This document shows positions 44,601 to 53,033 of a stretch of 64,000 nucleotides of DNA, in pieces (positions within the stretch are counted from its first letter, which is position 1; every line of letters begins with the position of its first letter). Origin of the DNA: Candidatus Poseidoniaceae archaeon (GTDB lineage: Archaea > Thermoplasmatota > Poseidoniia > Poseidoniales > Poseidoniaceae). Under the pieces are notes generated by a model. It ran no database searches, was not told the origin of the DNA, and worked only from the letters and a program-made list of their open reading frames with translations. The DNA is taken from contig JBMYVD010000003.1 in assembly GCA_049606035.1 (NCBI GenBank), positions 10,862 through 74,861 on the forward strand, in the 5' to 3' direction. The position numbers and the translations under genes were made by a program.

Positions 44601-47559
44601 GTACAAATTCTCATTCACAGCATCAGATTTAACGAACTTCAAATTACTATCATTGAATTATATTTCAGGTTTCAGTCACACTATTGCAATCAATACATCA
44701 CTGCAAGAATTGTTTACTCCGAATGACGATATGACATCTACTTTGCAAGTATCTATCGCCTCGCAAAGAGGTGGCATTATTTTCGACGGCGATATCATTC
44801 ATGAGAAATCCATCATCGATGATTGGCTTGCGCTGCCACAACAAACATTCATTCCGGGATCAACCCAATTAGCAATTTCGACCCACGAAACCCTTCCAAA
44901 TACGCCAGAACTTGAATCAATTTCACTAAGCATTTCACCGACTCAAAATGTTTCAGAATCAATCGTTCAAGTCACAGTGGATAATCTGGAAACTGGGGGC
45001 AGATTTATCCAAGATTTAGGTGCGGGGATAATTCAACTAGACTCCGATAATTGTTCATGGGATGGCGAAAACGTCACTTGGTCATTGACTGGAAAATGGA
45101 TGCTTGATGATAATCCACGCTTGTACTGGTTTGCTAAGGCGACAAATAGCGCAGGGATATCTTTGGGGCCAGTCATGGGAATAAGTGGTACTGCCCAGTA
45201 TGCTGCATCTACCAATGACCTGGAGGTTATCGATTTCAAAGCCTGGTCAGATAACCGGCCATTACATGATTTTGCAAATCCATTATGGCCATTCAATGTA
45301 ATGGGCTCAAACGAAGTTACTGTTGCTGGTGAAGTAAGGTATTCGGGACTAAACAACGTTCATCCAATGACAGATGATGCAGTTGTAAATATCGAATTAT
45401 TATCCGGGGATGAAATCATTGGGAATGTAACAACAAGCTTTGATGAAAACGGATTATTTAACACGACAATAATTACCCCAGGCGATCAAGAATTGAGCGG
45501 TACTGAATTCAAGATAATTCCAAGATTGACACAAATTGGCTCACTAAATTCGCAGACCGCAAGAGATGCAACATCTCAATCACAAAACGTCCGCTTTATT
45601 TTGGATGTAAATAATTCAGAAGTCATTTCTCTGTATATCGATGCCCCTGGGGGCAATCAACTTGCAGATGGGCACGTATGGCATCCGGGGCAAAATATCC
45701 CTCTTATTCTCGAGTTATCTGATGACAATGGATTGTCAAACAAGATGATGATGCACTACACTCGTAGTGGTAGGACTTGGGAATCAATCGAATTCTTGAC
45801 ACCTGTTGGTGCAACAGAGGCGACGATAGATTTGCCATTTATCGATGAGAGTAATGTACCATTACCCAATGAAGAGGTGGGATGGCTAGACGTGTATTTC
45901 GAGGGCCTTGACCTTGCAGGTAACCCGCTGGTTGGAGGAGGTAATTCATCAGAACCATTAGCCAGAATACATGTACAGCCAAGATACTCAACTTGGATTG
46001 GTGGTGAATCGATTAGCCTTGATAGGGTGGATGGATTATTATTGCCCGGTAATACTCACACATTCAATTTCACAGTATCAGATGACAACGGTATTAATTC
46101 GATAGATATGATGCGAATTGTACTTTCAAAAGACTTAGGAATTTGTGACATTGAATGGACTCCATGGAGTGGCGAAATCAATCATGACGTGGGCTGTTTC
46201 ATCAAGCCACCAAGGGCGGAATCAGTGCAAAGATGGCAAACAAATACTTGGGATGTTAACATACACTTTGAGTTAAGGTGGGACTTGGACGAAGAATTAG
46301 GGGTGGCCTCTAATATCCCCTCGCTAAGTTTGTGGGATGAGAATGCTCCACTCGATGTCATTTTCACCTCAATTAACCTCTATAATTGGTCATTGCACAG
46401 CGGTATCGATTTGCGTATTGACGGTGTGAAGGACAAAGTTGCACCTCTAGGCGATTTCATTGATGGAATTGCATTCATTCACGCTCAAGACATCGTAGAT
46501 GTTGAAATTGCTGCTTACCACGCAGGATATGATATTCACGCGCACAACCTTCCATTTAGTACGGAATATCGAATAGAACTAATTGGAAATAATGGCACTG
46601 ATTACATGATTAATTCTCTGAATAGTGATGGTACATCAACGAATAGAATTGTTTTCGATACGTCATATTATGGTACCCAGATTAAGCTAATAGTTGAGTT
46701 ATTCGAAGTGTACAATCAAACAACTACGAGTGATGAAATCGATTTTGTTATCGATGACTCTTCACCCACAATCGTAATTTCAGGAGGGCACTTGGTATCG
46801 GTAGATTCTGATAAGTTAGAGAACGTACAAGTTCAGGTAACTGTAAGTGATGGCCATGGTCTAAATTCCGATCCAATCATGATGCATTGGCGTTTTGTTA
46901 GGCAAGGAAGAATCATTGAAGCCTCGCAAAGTAATATTCTAATTCCAGTAGAATTTCAAAGTGTTCGCTCCAACCTCTATTCGGCAGTCGTGAATATGAA
47001 TACCTCCTCTGACTTGCAAAAAGGAGATTCTCTGATGGTTTGGTTTGAAGGCTTAGACGCTTCTGGTCGCTCAATTATTGGCAATGGAACTAATGACGTG
47101 GACCCGATTGAGACATTCATACGCTGGATAGCATATGAGCCGGAGCTGAAGGAAATAATTGCCACGCCGTACAGGCCTCAGGTTGGAGACATAATCTATG
47201 TCGATACGATAATTGAGAACATAGGTTTAGTGAATGGAGAATCTAATCTCTCTATTCTCGATAGTTCTGGCAAGATATTGGAACAAATCAATTTCACACT
47301 CCTAGCAGGTAGAAAACACAAGCACACGTTCGAGATTGAAGCTTGGAAAGAAGGCGACCTTGGGCTGAGATTGCAACTTGACGGGCAAGATGTCACCTTA
47401 GTACCGATTTCGAGTGTTCAGGAAAGGAGTGAAGACTCGAGTAATTCACAAACAACGCTTCTTGGCCTGTCGTTTTTATCGATTTTCATCGCTGGAATTT
47501 TGTTGTTTATGGCTAACTCAAGAAGAAATAATGCGGATTATTTCGATGAGGAAGAATGA
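41608..47559 (+). CDS. Giant (about 1980 aa) secreted surface protein with C-terminal membrane anchor
   Basis: Signal peptide (LVILMLLSPWASA). Three Asp-box motifs (SIDNGSNW, SQDNGSSW, SIDDGITW). Very many N-x-S/T sequons. The C-terminus has a TM helix (LLGLSFLSIFIAGILLFMA) followed by SRRNNADYFDEEE. Confidence 0.8.
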   Translation: MVNNIRQALTLVILMLLSPWASADIASWQGPSSTPDDAGMQPSNSTYDGFQIPTNSTISSSHFSVEPKWVLASDNGTVWSADSVNGFSKGVVNGTSYLTANGDLTLATNSTYGEMTDFETISPQFAHWSSEGDEFWYPVNLSAVSFGPENSTSGDFAAGTNGTLMPGSSGYIRSEFWPLPNVVRYFNLSFDRWNSLDVGDTAGVQYSIDNGSNWQTLDNWTGNTTTWTQEMYSLDSLVQNATNIGFRFYVNKLNTSAATEGLFIDSFNLSNQGDPQAAWFHGNKSGEYSPYADGNLIVPVDLSGLTAPLELIYQANWDIQGGNYDNLVVMISQDNGSSWTMMSPLPGVPAHGIGVGGTTYNQHSWGWREIIHPFPHWAAGSLNASNTLLKFRVTTDNSVNQGGAAIDDWEGIMIDDLTVFSGAGSQNSTTIMLENFTDNSDHYLVNVSGYANDWQYIDWEGFNGPWSSYDSFEEVQDLPAGWRIDHVRGSTSWERGVIDNSNGYGPNVTLWPSGLNGMGINLDGIYSNHVYTHLISPKYRIPDDATARLTFNHWICTETDWDGGSIFTSIDDGITWQHFGNNISGFYDRTSTVNPNSPFYQLGIFDGSTVPNGCGTANPSHTFSRVSGDISHLAGNDVRVRFSFFTDTYVEDDGWYIDDAGIVIDRFQSNGTWTSPLIDSDFAGWARLTSLYEMPNETSVLVDVLDINDKIIDNHSNLTLPFDLNIAAWEYGQLKFKVKMSTENETITPRVKILHHGITEYLNQEILTRLDPNLPSWVLDSGSASSVSSEYYFSLDLPNWRPYADVFIDCEGNVSGQISSLTNRIPVLASGTLPVGGQGTMMDENECGKILENDFSPAQATSIEIKIEPGEVFDWIKVEPLTLLPPESPSIDLGADGVIDWMWNGSFHYTNQIYRLEVDGIDTTISNPYGFDLNYSESLNFSIILPARNLSNKAWNCGIITECYRGGINFETNGYNSPTLSEDYIWIENSGFSHFVTEYKFSFTASDLTNFKLLSLNYISGFSHTIAINTSLQELFTPNDDMTSTLQVSIASQRGGIIFDGDIIHEKSIIDDWLALPQQTFIPGSTQLAISTHETLPNTPELESISLSISPTQNVSESIVQVTVDNLETGGRFIQDLGAGIIQLDSDNCSWDGENVTWSLTGKWMLDDNPRLYWFAKATNSAGISLGPVMGISGTAQYAASTNDLEVIDFKAWSDNRPLHDFANPLWPFNVMGSNEVTVAGEVRYSGLNNVHPMTDDAVVNIELLSGDEIIGNVTTSFDENGLFNTTIITPGDQELSGTEFKIIPRLTQIGSLNSQTARDATSQSQNVRFILDVNNSEVISLYIDAPGGNQLADGHVWHPGQNIPLILELSDDNGLSNKMMMHYTRSGRTWESIEFLTPVGATEATIDLPFIDESNVPLPNEEVGWLDVYFEGLDLAGNPLVGGGNSSEPLARIHVQPRYSTWIGGESISLDRVDGLLLPGNTHTFNFTVSDDNGINSIDMMRIVLSKDLGICDIEWTPWSGEINHDVGCFIKPPRAESVQRWQTNTWDVNIHFELRWDLDEELGVASNIPSLSLWDENAPLDVIFTSINLYNWSLHSGIDLRIDGVKDKVAPLGDFIDGIAFIHAQDIVDVEIAAYHAGYDIHAHNLPFSTEYRIELIGNNGTDYMINSLNSDGTSTNRIVFDTSYYGTQIKLIVELFEVYNQTTTSDEIDFVIDDSSPTIVISGGHLVSVDSDKLENVQVQVTVSDGHGLNSDPIMMHWRFVRQGRIIEASQSNILIPVEFQSVRSNLYSAVVNMNTSSDLQKGDSLMVWFEGLDASGRSIIGNGTNDVDPIETFIRWIAYEPELKEIIATPYRPQVGDIIYVDTIIENIGLVNGESNLSILDSSGKILEQINFTLLAGRKHKHTFEIEAWKEGDLGLRLQLDGQDVTLVPISSVQERSEDSSNSQTTLLGLSFLSIFIAGILLFMANSRRNNADYFDEEE

Positions 47560-47587
47560 TGTTTGATGAACTCTGCGCCCGACTCAA

Positions 47588-47672
47588 GCCGGAGTACCCG
47601 AGTGGTCAAAGGGGGCGCACTCAAGATGCGCTGCGAAATGCTTCGTAGGTTCAAATCCTACCTCCGGCACCA
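47588..47672 (+). tRNA. tRNA-Leu (anticodon CAA), CCA encoded
   Basis: Acceptor GCCGGAG/CTCCGGC. The anticodon stem is GCGCA/TGCGC around loop CTCAAGA. A long variable arm and a GGTTCAAATCC T-loop are present. The 3' end reads ACCA. Confidence 0.88.
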
Positions 47673-47677
47673 CCGAA

Positions 47678-48394
47678 TTAATCTCGACTTAGAATTGCGT
47701 CTACAAGAGGTTTGAAAGTATCTCCATGTGGATAAGGTGAGACAACACTTGCGACTTTTGCTAGTGAGTCAAAGCATCCGCCTACTGCGACCGATTGTCC
47801 AACCAATTCAAACATTGGGATGTCGTTTGGAGCATCACCAACTGCTAGGATGTCTTCTGCAGAGATCCCCATCTTCTCTAGTGCAACTTTGAGCCCTTCA
47901 CCTTTGGAAAGGTGTGGCTCCATCAAATGAATTGCGAATCCTGTTTTTACTACAGCAAGGTCTGAGTATTTTGAATTAGAAACCCAATCGTTTACTGCAT
48001 CTAAGTCTTCATCCTTGAATAGGCACCATTCGGATTCTCGCCATGCATTTGTGGTTATTCCCTCGGGGGCAATATCGATGTCCTTTGCCATCTCCTGAGC
48101 ACATTTCCTCGCTCTAGACCCATCTGCTCTAACGATTGGTTCATCCCATGTGGGATGCCAAACAACTCCACCATTTTCGCAAACCATCGGTCCTGTTGCA
48201 CCTATAAATCTCGAGAGTCCGTAAGTGATGGCTCTGACATTACCAGTAGCGAGAATAACCGGAATACCCGCCTCTTCTAGGCGTCTAAGGGAATCGATTG
48301 CTTCAAGATGCAATTTTTTGTTGTAATCGGTGATTGTACCGTCGATATCAACAGCAACTGCCTTTGGCTTCCAACCATCAGGCATCCATTGCAT
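47678..48394 (-). CDS. HAD-superfamily (Cof-type) phosphatase, archaeal phosphoglycolate phosphatase-like
   Basis: Motif I is AVDIDGTITD, motif II is ATGN, and motif IV is VGDAPNDIPMF. Confidence 0.65.
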   Translation of the reverse strand: MQWMPDGWKPKAVAVDIDGTITDYNKKLHLEAIDSLRRLEEAGIPVILATGNVRAITYGLSRFIGATGPMVCENGGVVWHPTWDEPIVRADGSRARKCAQEMAKDIDIAPEGITTNAWRESEWCLFKDEDLDAVNDWVSNSKYSDLAVVKTGFAIHLMEPHLSKGEGLKVALEKMGISAEDILAVGDAPNDIPMFELVGQSVAVGGCFDSLAKVASVVSPYPHGDTFKPLVDAILSRD

Positions 48395-48430
48395 GATTAC
48401 CGCTGGAAGACTTAATTCAATACGCTTGCG

Positions 48431-51112
48431 ATGGGAGGTTTATTGACCCATGCCCTAGCAGGTGTGGATATGTCAGGGGATGGTGAAGAATTCCTCACCC
48501 TCGAAGATGAAGGGGCTCCTGTCGTTCAGGTAAAAGAGAGGAAGCCGAAAAGATCTCAGCAACCTGTACAAAAACCGGCTGAAAATACCTCGTCACAGAG
48601 TACAGATGTCGAAGCAGAACTTGTCGATATGGAAGTTCTTGGAGAATATGGCGGCAACCACAGTGTGTGCTGGCCAATTCAAGATATGGATTGCCCTGAT
48701 TGCGCCTCCAAAGCGATGAATGCACTCAATCGACTAGAGCATGTTAACACTTCACGTGTATCTGCAATAGATGGAACCGTTACTGTAGAAGTCGATTTTG
48801 AGAAGGGGAACCTCGCTGAAGCATCTGCGATTTTAACATCTCTAGGTAATCCTCCAAATTTGCCTTACATGCAACTTTCGGGTGTCGATCCTAGTGTGAT
48901 CGCTTCACGCCATTCAGTACCAGTCAAGGGATTACCTAGAATCTTCAGAAGGCAACCTGGTGTCCTAGATTGTGATGTCGATAAAGATGGCAACATATTG
49001 TTACAATTGACTCCTGAGCCAATAGAAGAATTGCGTATTGCAATGGAAAGAGCTCTCAAAAGTGTGATTGGTGGAGATTACAAGTTGGTATCATCTAGTA
49101 ACACTAAACTAACATCCGGTCAATGGAGAATGATAGGGTCAGGAATTGCATTCCTCATGCTATTGGCTTACATCATCACAGAATCATTCATCACAGAAAA
49201 TCCATTTGTTCTAGGAGCAATTGGTCTTCTTGGTGTCTCTTTAGGTGGAATAAAGATGTTCAATAAAGCGATAGCATCCGTTAAAAATCGCCAACTTGGG
49301 TTCCAAGTTTTGACATCACTTGCTGTTATTGGAGCATCATATCTCCAAGCATGGGAGGAAGCACTGTTGGTTTTGATTCTAGTTTCATGGACCGAGCATA
49401 TGGAAAATGAGGCACTCATCAAGGCTAGAGAGGCTATGCAAGGAGGGCTAGATCGCCTGCCGCGAACCGCTAGAAGGGTCCCTAAAAAGGAGATAGGAAA
49501 ATTTTCGATGTCCTCTCTATCTGTTATTTCCTCTCAAAACCCCATGACCCCCACTACACATAGCCACTCCGGGCAAGAAGAAATTCCAGTTGGTCTAGTG
49601 ATGAAAGGTGACCATTTGGAAATTAGAAGCGGCGAGTTGATTCCTGCTGATGGTAAGATTATCTCTGGTTCTGGTTCTGTCAACCGTGCACCACTAACAG
49701 GAGAATCTGTCCCAGTGGATGTGGCAAGTGGTGACGAATTACAGGCTGGATTGACTCTTTCTCGCGGTCCGGTTACAATCGAAGTTACCGCAGTTGGTGA
49801 AGACACAAGATTATCTGGACTCATCGACAAGGTACATTCATACAAGGAAATACCTACTAGGTTACAAGGTGCCCTAGAAAATTTCACTTCAATATGGGTT
49901 CCAGTAGTGTTGGTTGGAGCAGTGCTTGCTTGGTTATTACAACCAGATGCTGACTGGAAAATCATTCTCTTGCTTTGGGTAGTAGCATGTCCATGCGCTC
50001 TATTACTTGCCTCTCCTGTGCCGCATGCTGCAAGTCTTTCAATGGCTTCTAAATCAGGGGCAATCGCAAGAGGCGGAGACATTATGGAATCATTGTCCAA
50101 AGTAAATTTGGCACTTTTGGACAAGACTGGAACTCTAACTTCCGGCAAGCCACGAATAGGAAGTATGACGCTAGCAAGAGGGCGCAGAAGGGATACTGCA
50201 ATCGCCCTAGCAGCGGGCTTAGAGGCATCATCTAACCATCCATATGCACAAGCAATCATCGCTTTTGCAGAGAATGAATCAATCGAACCAATGGAGTTAA
50301 CAGACATCTCTGATATGGAAAATGGTGTATCTGCTAAACTCAAAGGATCTGAGGTCTCGTTTGTTCGAGCAGAACTTTCTCAAGTTTCAGGTAAATTAGA
50401 GGAAGAGTTGCAATCTGCTCTAAACTTAGGACACGGTGCTAGTTTGTTGTTGAAGGATGGAAAGGCAGTCGCATTATTCACTTTTATCCATGATGATTTG
50501 AGAGAAGGAACCGCAGAATTGATTCAGGCTCTGTATGCCCAAGGAGTAAATGTTGAGATTTTGTCCGGAGACAATCAAGATGCGGTCGATGCACTTGCTA
50601 AGAGCATAGGTCTACAGGAAAATGCAGCGAGAGGAGAAATGACTCCAGAAGGCAAGGTTCAGTGGGTCCAAGATAGGTCCAAAACTCACATCACAATGAT
50701 GGTGGGCGATGGATTCAATGATGCTGCTGCAATGGCAGCGGCAGATATTGGGATTGCCATAGGTACTGGTGAATCAGCCAACTTGGAAGCGGCAGACGTT
50801 TTGATTCCTGGAGACGACCCAAGATTAATCTCAGATTTGATAAAATTAGCAAAGCGAACTCACAACGTATTAATGTGGAACATAGGATATTCGGTTGCGG
50901 TGACACTATTCCTTGTATATCTCGTTCTTGCGGGTGTTAACGACAGCCTTGCAATTGGTGTATTAGTCCACGAACTGAGTGTTATCGGTGTCATCATTAA
51001 TGGGGCAAGACTGTCGGGAACAGGCGGTACTTTGCAACTAATTGTTGACATTTTCAAGTCGATTTGGGACGGTACGATTGAATCATTCAAGGCACTATAC
51101 GACTCAATCTAG
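48431..51112 (+). CDS. Heavy-metal-translocating P1B-type ATPase
   Basis: N-terminal HMA-like MDCPDCASK, the TM motif ACPCALLLASP, the phosphorylation site DKTGTLT, and then SNHPYA and VGDGFNDAAAMAAAD. Metal specificity cannot be determined by eye. Confidence 0.88.
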   Translation: MGGLLTHALAGVDMSGDGEEFLTLEDEGAPVVQVKERKPKRSQQPVQKPAENTSSQSTDVEAELVDMEVLGEYGGNHSVCWPIQDMDCPDCASKAMNALNRLEHVNTSRVSAIDGTVTVEVDFEKGNLAEASAILTSLGNPPNLPYMQLSGVDPSVIASRHSVPVKGLPRIFRRQPGVLDCDVDKDGNILLQLTPEPIEELRIAMERALKSVIGGDYKLVSSSNTKLTSGQWRMIGSGIAFLMLLAYIITESFITENPFVLGAIGLLGVSLGGIKMFNKAIASVKNRQLGFQVLTSLAVIGASYLQAWEEALLVLILVSWTEHMENEALIKAREAMQGGLDRLPRTARRVPKKEIGKFSMSSLSVISSQNPMTPTTHSHSGQEEIPVGLVMKGDHLEIRSGELIPADGKIISGSGSVNRAPLTGESVPVDVASGDELQAGLTLSRGPVTIEVTAVGEDTRLSGLIDKVHSYKEIPTRLQGALENFTSIWVPVVLVGAVLAWLLQPDADWKIILLLWVVACPCALLLASPVPHAASLSMASKSGAIARGGDIMESLSKVNLALLDKTGTLTSGKPRIGSMTLARGRRRDTAIALAAGLEASSNHPYAQAIIAFAENESIEPMELTDISDMENGVSAKLKGSEVSFVRAELSQVSGKLEEELQSALNLGHGASLLLKDGKAVALFTFIHDDLREGTAELIQALYAQGVNVEILSGDNQDAVDALAKSIGLQENAARGEMTPEGKVQWVQDRSKTHITMMVGDGFNDAAAMAAADIGIAIGTGESANLEAADVLIPGDDPRLISDLIKLAKRTHNVLMWNIGYSVAVTLFLVYLVLAGVNDSLAIGVLVHELSVIGVIINGARLSGTGGTLQLIVDIFKSIWDGTIESFKALYDSI

Positions 51113-51142
51113 TCTTCGAATTGAACGCTACCTTCAAGCCAC

Positions 51143-51595
51143 ATGGCGATTAGGGCTATACACAGGTGGACGCTCTTGGCTAGAGTACATGCAGACCCGG
51201 TTAGCACTTCTTTGATGCATCCAACACGCCGTGCGCTGTATGTTGCACTTCTCGAGGCTGATGAATATACAACTGTCCAATTACAGAAAATCGTCGGAGT
51301 TGACCGCTACAATTTGTATCACCACTTGAGGAAACTCGAGTCGCTAGGTTTGGTGATGAATCATAGAGACCAAGGTCGAACAAGATGGTGGTGTGTAATA
51401 GATAGAGTCCCACTTCCAAACGATGGTAGTTCAGCCACAAGCCAAAACTCCCTTGCAACCATCGACTTATCGAATCCAAGGGTACAAGCCGCTGCTAGAA
51501 CTATGTTGAGAGAGTTGGCAGAATTGTCTGGAACAACTTTAGATTTAGATTCCGCAACTCTTCAAAATTTGGAAATTATCGGTAGAAGGAGTTGA
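51143..51595 (+). CDS. ArsR-family winged-helix transcriptional regulator
   Basis: HPTRRALYVALLEADEYTTVQLQKIVGVDRYNLYHHLRKLESLGLV matches the ArsR/SmtB HTH. Confidence 0.7.
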   Translation: MAIRAIHRWTLLARVHADPVSTSLMHPTRRALYVALLEADEYTTVQLQKIVGVDRYNLYHHLRKLESLGLVMNHRDQGRTRWWCVIDRVPLPNDGSSATSQNSLATIDLSNPRVQAAARTMLRELAELSGTTLDLDSATLQNLEIIGRRS

Positions 51596-52038
51596 GTAGC
51601 GCAATCTCTCAAAAACCAAAACAAGGAGGGCCAAGCATGTCGGATGAAGAGTCTAGCGCAGGTGTAGAATCAAGAATCTCTGCGCCAGATCTGTCTTGTC
51701 CCAAGTGTAATCATTTGTTACCAAATGGATTGGGCATCATAACTTGTCTAATGTGCAAATCCGAAGTTAAAGTTGAACATCAAGGCACTAGGAAAAAATG
51801 GAGAGAAGAAAAAATAGGTTGCCCATCCTGTTCCAAGGTACTGATTTGTGGCGTGGATAAAAGGCCAGCAAATTTGCAATGTGCGTCCTGCCATACTCAT
51901 TTTGTCCTTAAGCCGAATCGGCCAAAAATCGAGGTATCTTGTCCTTCTTGTGAGCGAAAGCTGCGAATGAACAAGCGACCTGGAGAAAGAGAAATCACCT
52001 GTCCTGCATGTGAAGTCGAATTCAAAATATCATTTTGA
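51592..52038 (+). CDS. Triple zinc-ribbon protein (hypothetical)
   Basis: Six CxxC pairs are arranged as three ribbons (CPKC..CLMC, CPSC..CASC, CPSC..CPAC). The start is uncertain (TTG at 51592, overlapping the ArsR stop, or ATG at 51637). Confidence 0.5.
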   Translation: MSSAISQKPKQGGPSMSDEESSAGVESRISAPDLSCPKCNHLLPNGLGIITCLMCKSEVKVEHQGTRKKWREEKIGCPSCSKVLICGVDKRPANLQCASCHTHFVLKPNRPKIEVSCPSCERKLRMNKRPGEREITCPACEVEFKISF

Positions 52039-52047
52039 GGTGATTTG

Positions 52048-52932
52048 ATGAAGACCACATTCAGGATGATGGGAATTGCAGATTACATCACCATTGTGAA
52101 TGGTTTATTTGGTACTCTTGCAATTTTCTTCCTCTTGCTTGCAGTCGATGACATGGGTGAGCCATATACACAGGGCGGTGTATTGACCGATTATATCTGG
52201 GCGGCTATGCTGTGTATTCTTCTTTCTGCAATCGGGGATATAATCGACGGACCAATTGCTAGAAAATATTCGAAGCAACAACTGCTCGGTGGATCTCTAG
52301 ACATAATGTCTGATTGTATCTCATTCTGTGTCGCCCCTGCATTGATGATTTTCGCAATGTTTGGTAGGTGGGGTGAAGCGACACCAATTTGGACAATTAG
52401 CCTTGCAATCGCATGTTCTTGGATGATTGCTTGTGGTATGTTGAGACTCGCTAGGTTCCAACACGATGAAGGGGGCTATGTTCCATATTTTCACGGAATG
52501 GCATCGCCTGCAAATGCGATGTTGATTATTTCTGCAGCAGGTCTAATTTGGCTGCAACCGTCTTCTGGATACGGCCCCGACCTTACAGAATGGAGTTGTG
52601 GGATCTGTTTTGGTGAGGGAGAAAAGCCGTACCTTGATTTCATAATTCTTCCAATAATGCTAATCAGCGGTGGTCTGATGATTTCTGATAGAAAAATGTC
52701 GAAACTGAAATCAGGGATTCCAATGAAGTTGAGTGTTGTCCAACTCACTTCACTCTTGTTTGCAATTCTACATGCGATGTCATTGACACACAAAGATGAC
52801 GCTGGAGTTGACTTGTCTGGAACATCATTTACCATGTTTTTATTCACAGTTTCTCTATTTTTGATGCTTGTATACATCGTAATGGGTCCACGTTTAGTAG
52901 ACTTAGAATCAGAACAGATAGAACAAGAGTAG
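52048..52932 (+). CDS. CDP-alcohol phosphatidyltransferase (archaetidylserine synthase-like)
   Basis: The family signature D-G-x2-A-R-x7-8-G-x3-D-x3-D appears as DGPIARKYSKQQLLGGSLDIMSD. The protein is multi-TM. Confidence 0.75.
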   Translation: MKTTFRMMGIADYITIVNGLFGTLAIFFLLLAVDDMGEPYTQGGVLTDYIWAAMLCILLSAIGDIIDGPIARKYSKQQLLGGSLDIMSDCISFCVAPALMIFAMFGRWGEATPIWTISLAIACSWMIACGMLRLARFQHDEGGYVPYFHGMASPANAMLIISAAGLIWLQPSSGYGPDLTEWSCGICFGEGEKPYLDFIILPIMLISGGLMISDRKMSKLKSGIPMKLSVVQLTSLLFAILHAMSLTHKDDAGVDLSGTSFTMFLFTVSLFLMLVYIVMGPRLVDLESEQIEQE

Positions 52933-53033
52933 TGGCAAGCGCGAATGGTCGTATAAATCGCCTCGCGACGACCGTCACCAATCGCGCTCCTTATCTATCA
53001 TGAGAAAGGCATGAGTTACCGGATGGGAGTATT

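Noticed and set aside
49534-50343. ORF of 269 aa antisense to the P-type ATPase
   Set aside because: It lies wholly inside a gene with unambiguous P1B-ATPase motifs on the other strand, and it has no motifs of its own. The same reasoning applies to 34840-35391 (antisense to the polB 5' end), 41589-42086, 16418-16843, 35572-35973, 9609-10016 and 4551-4970.
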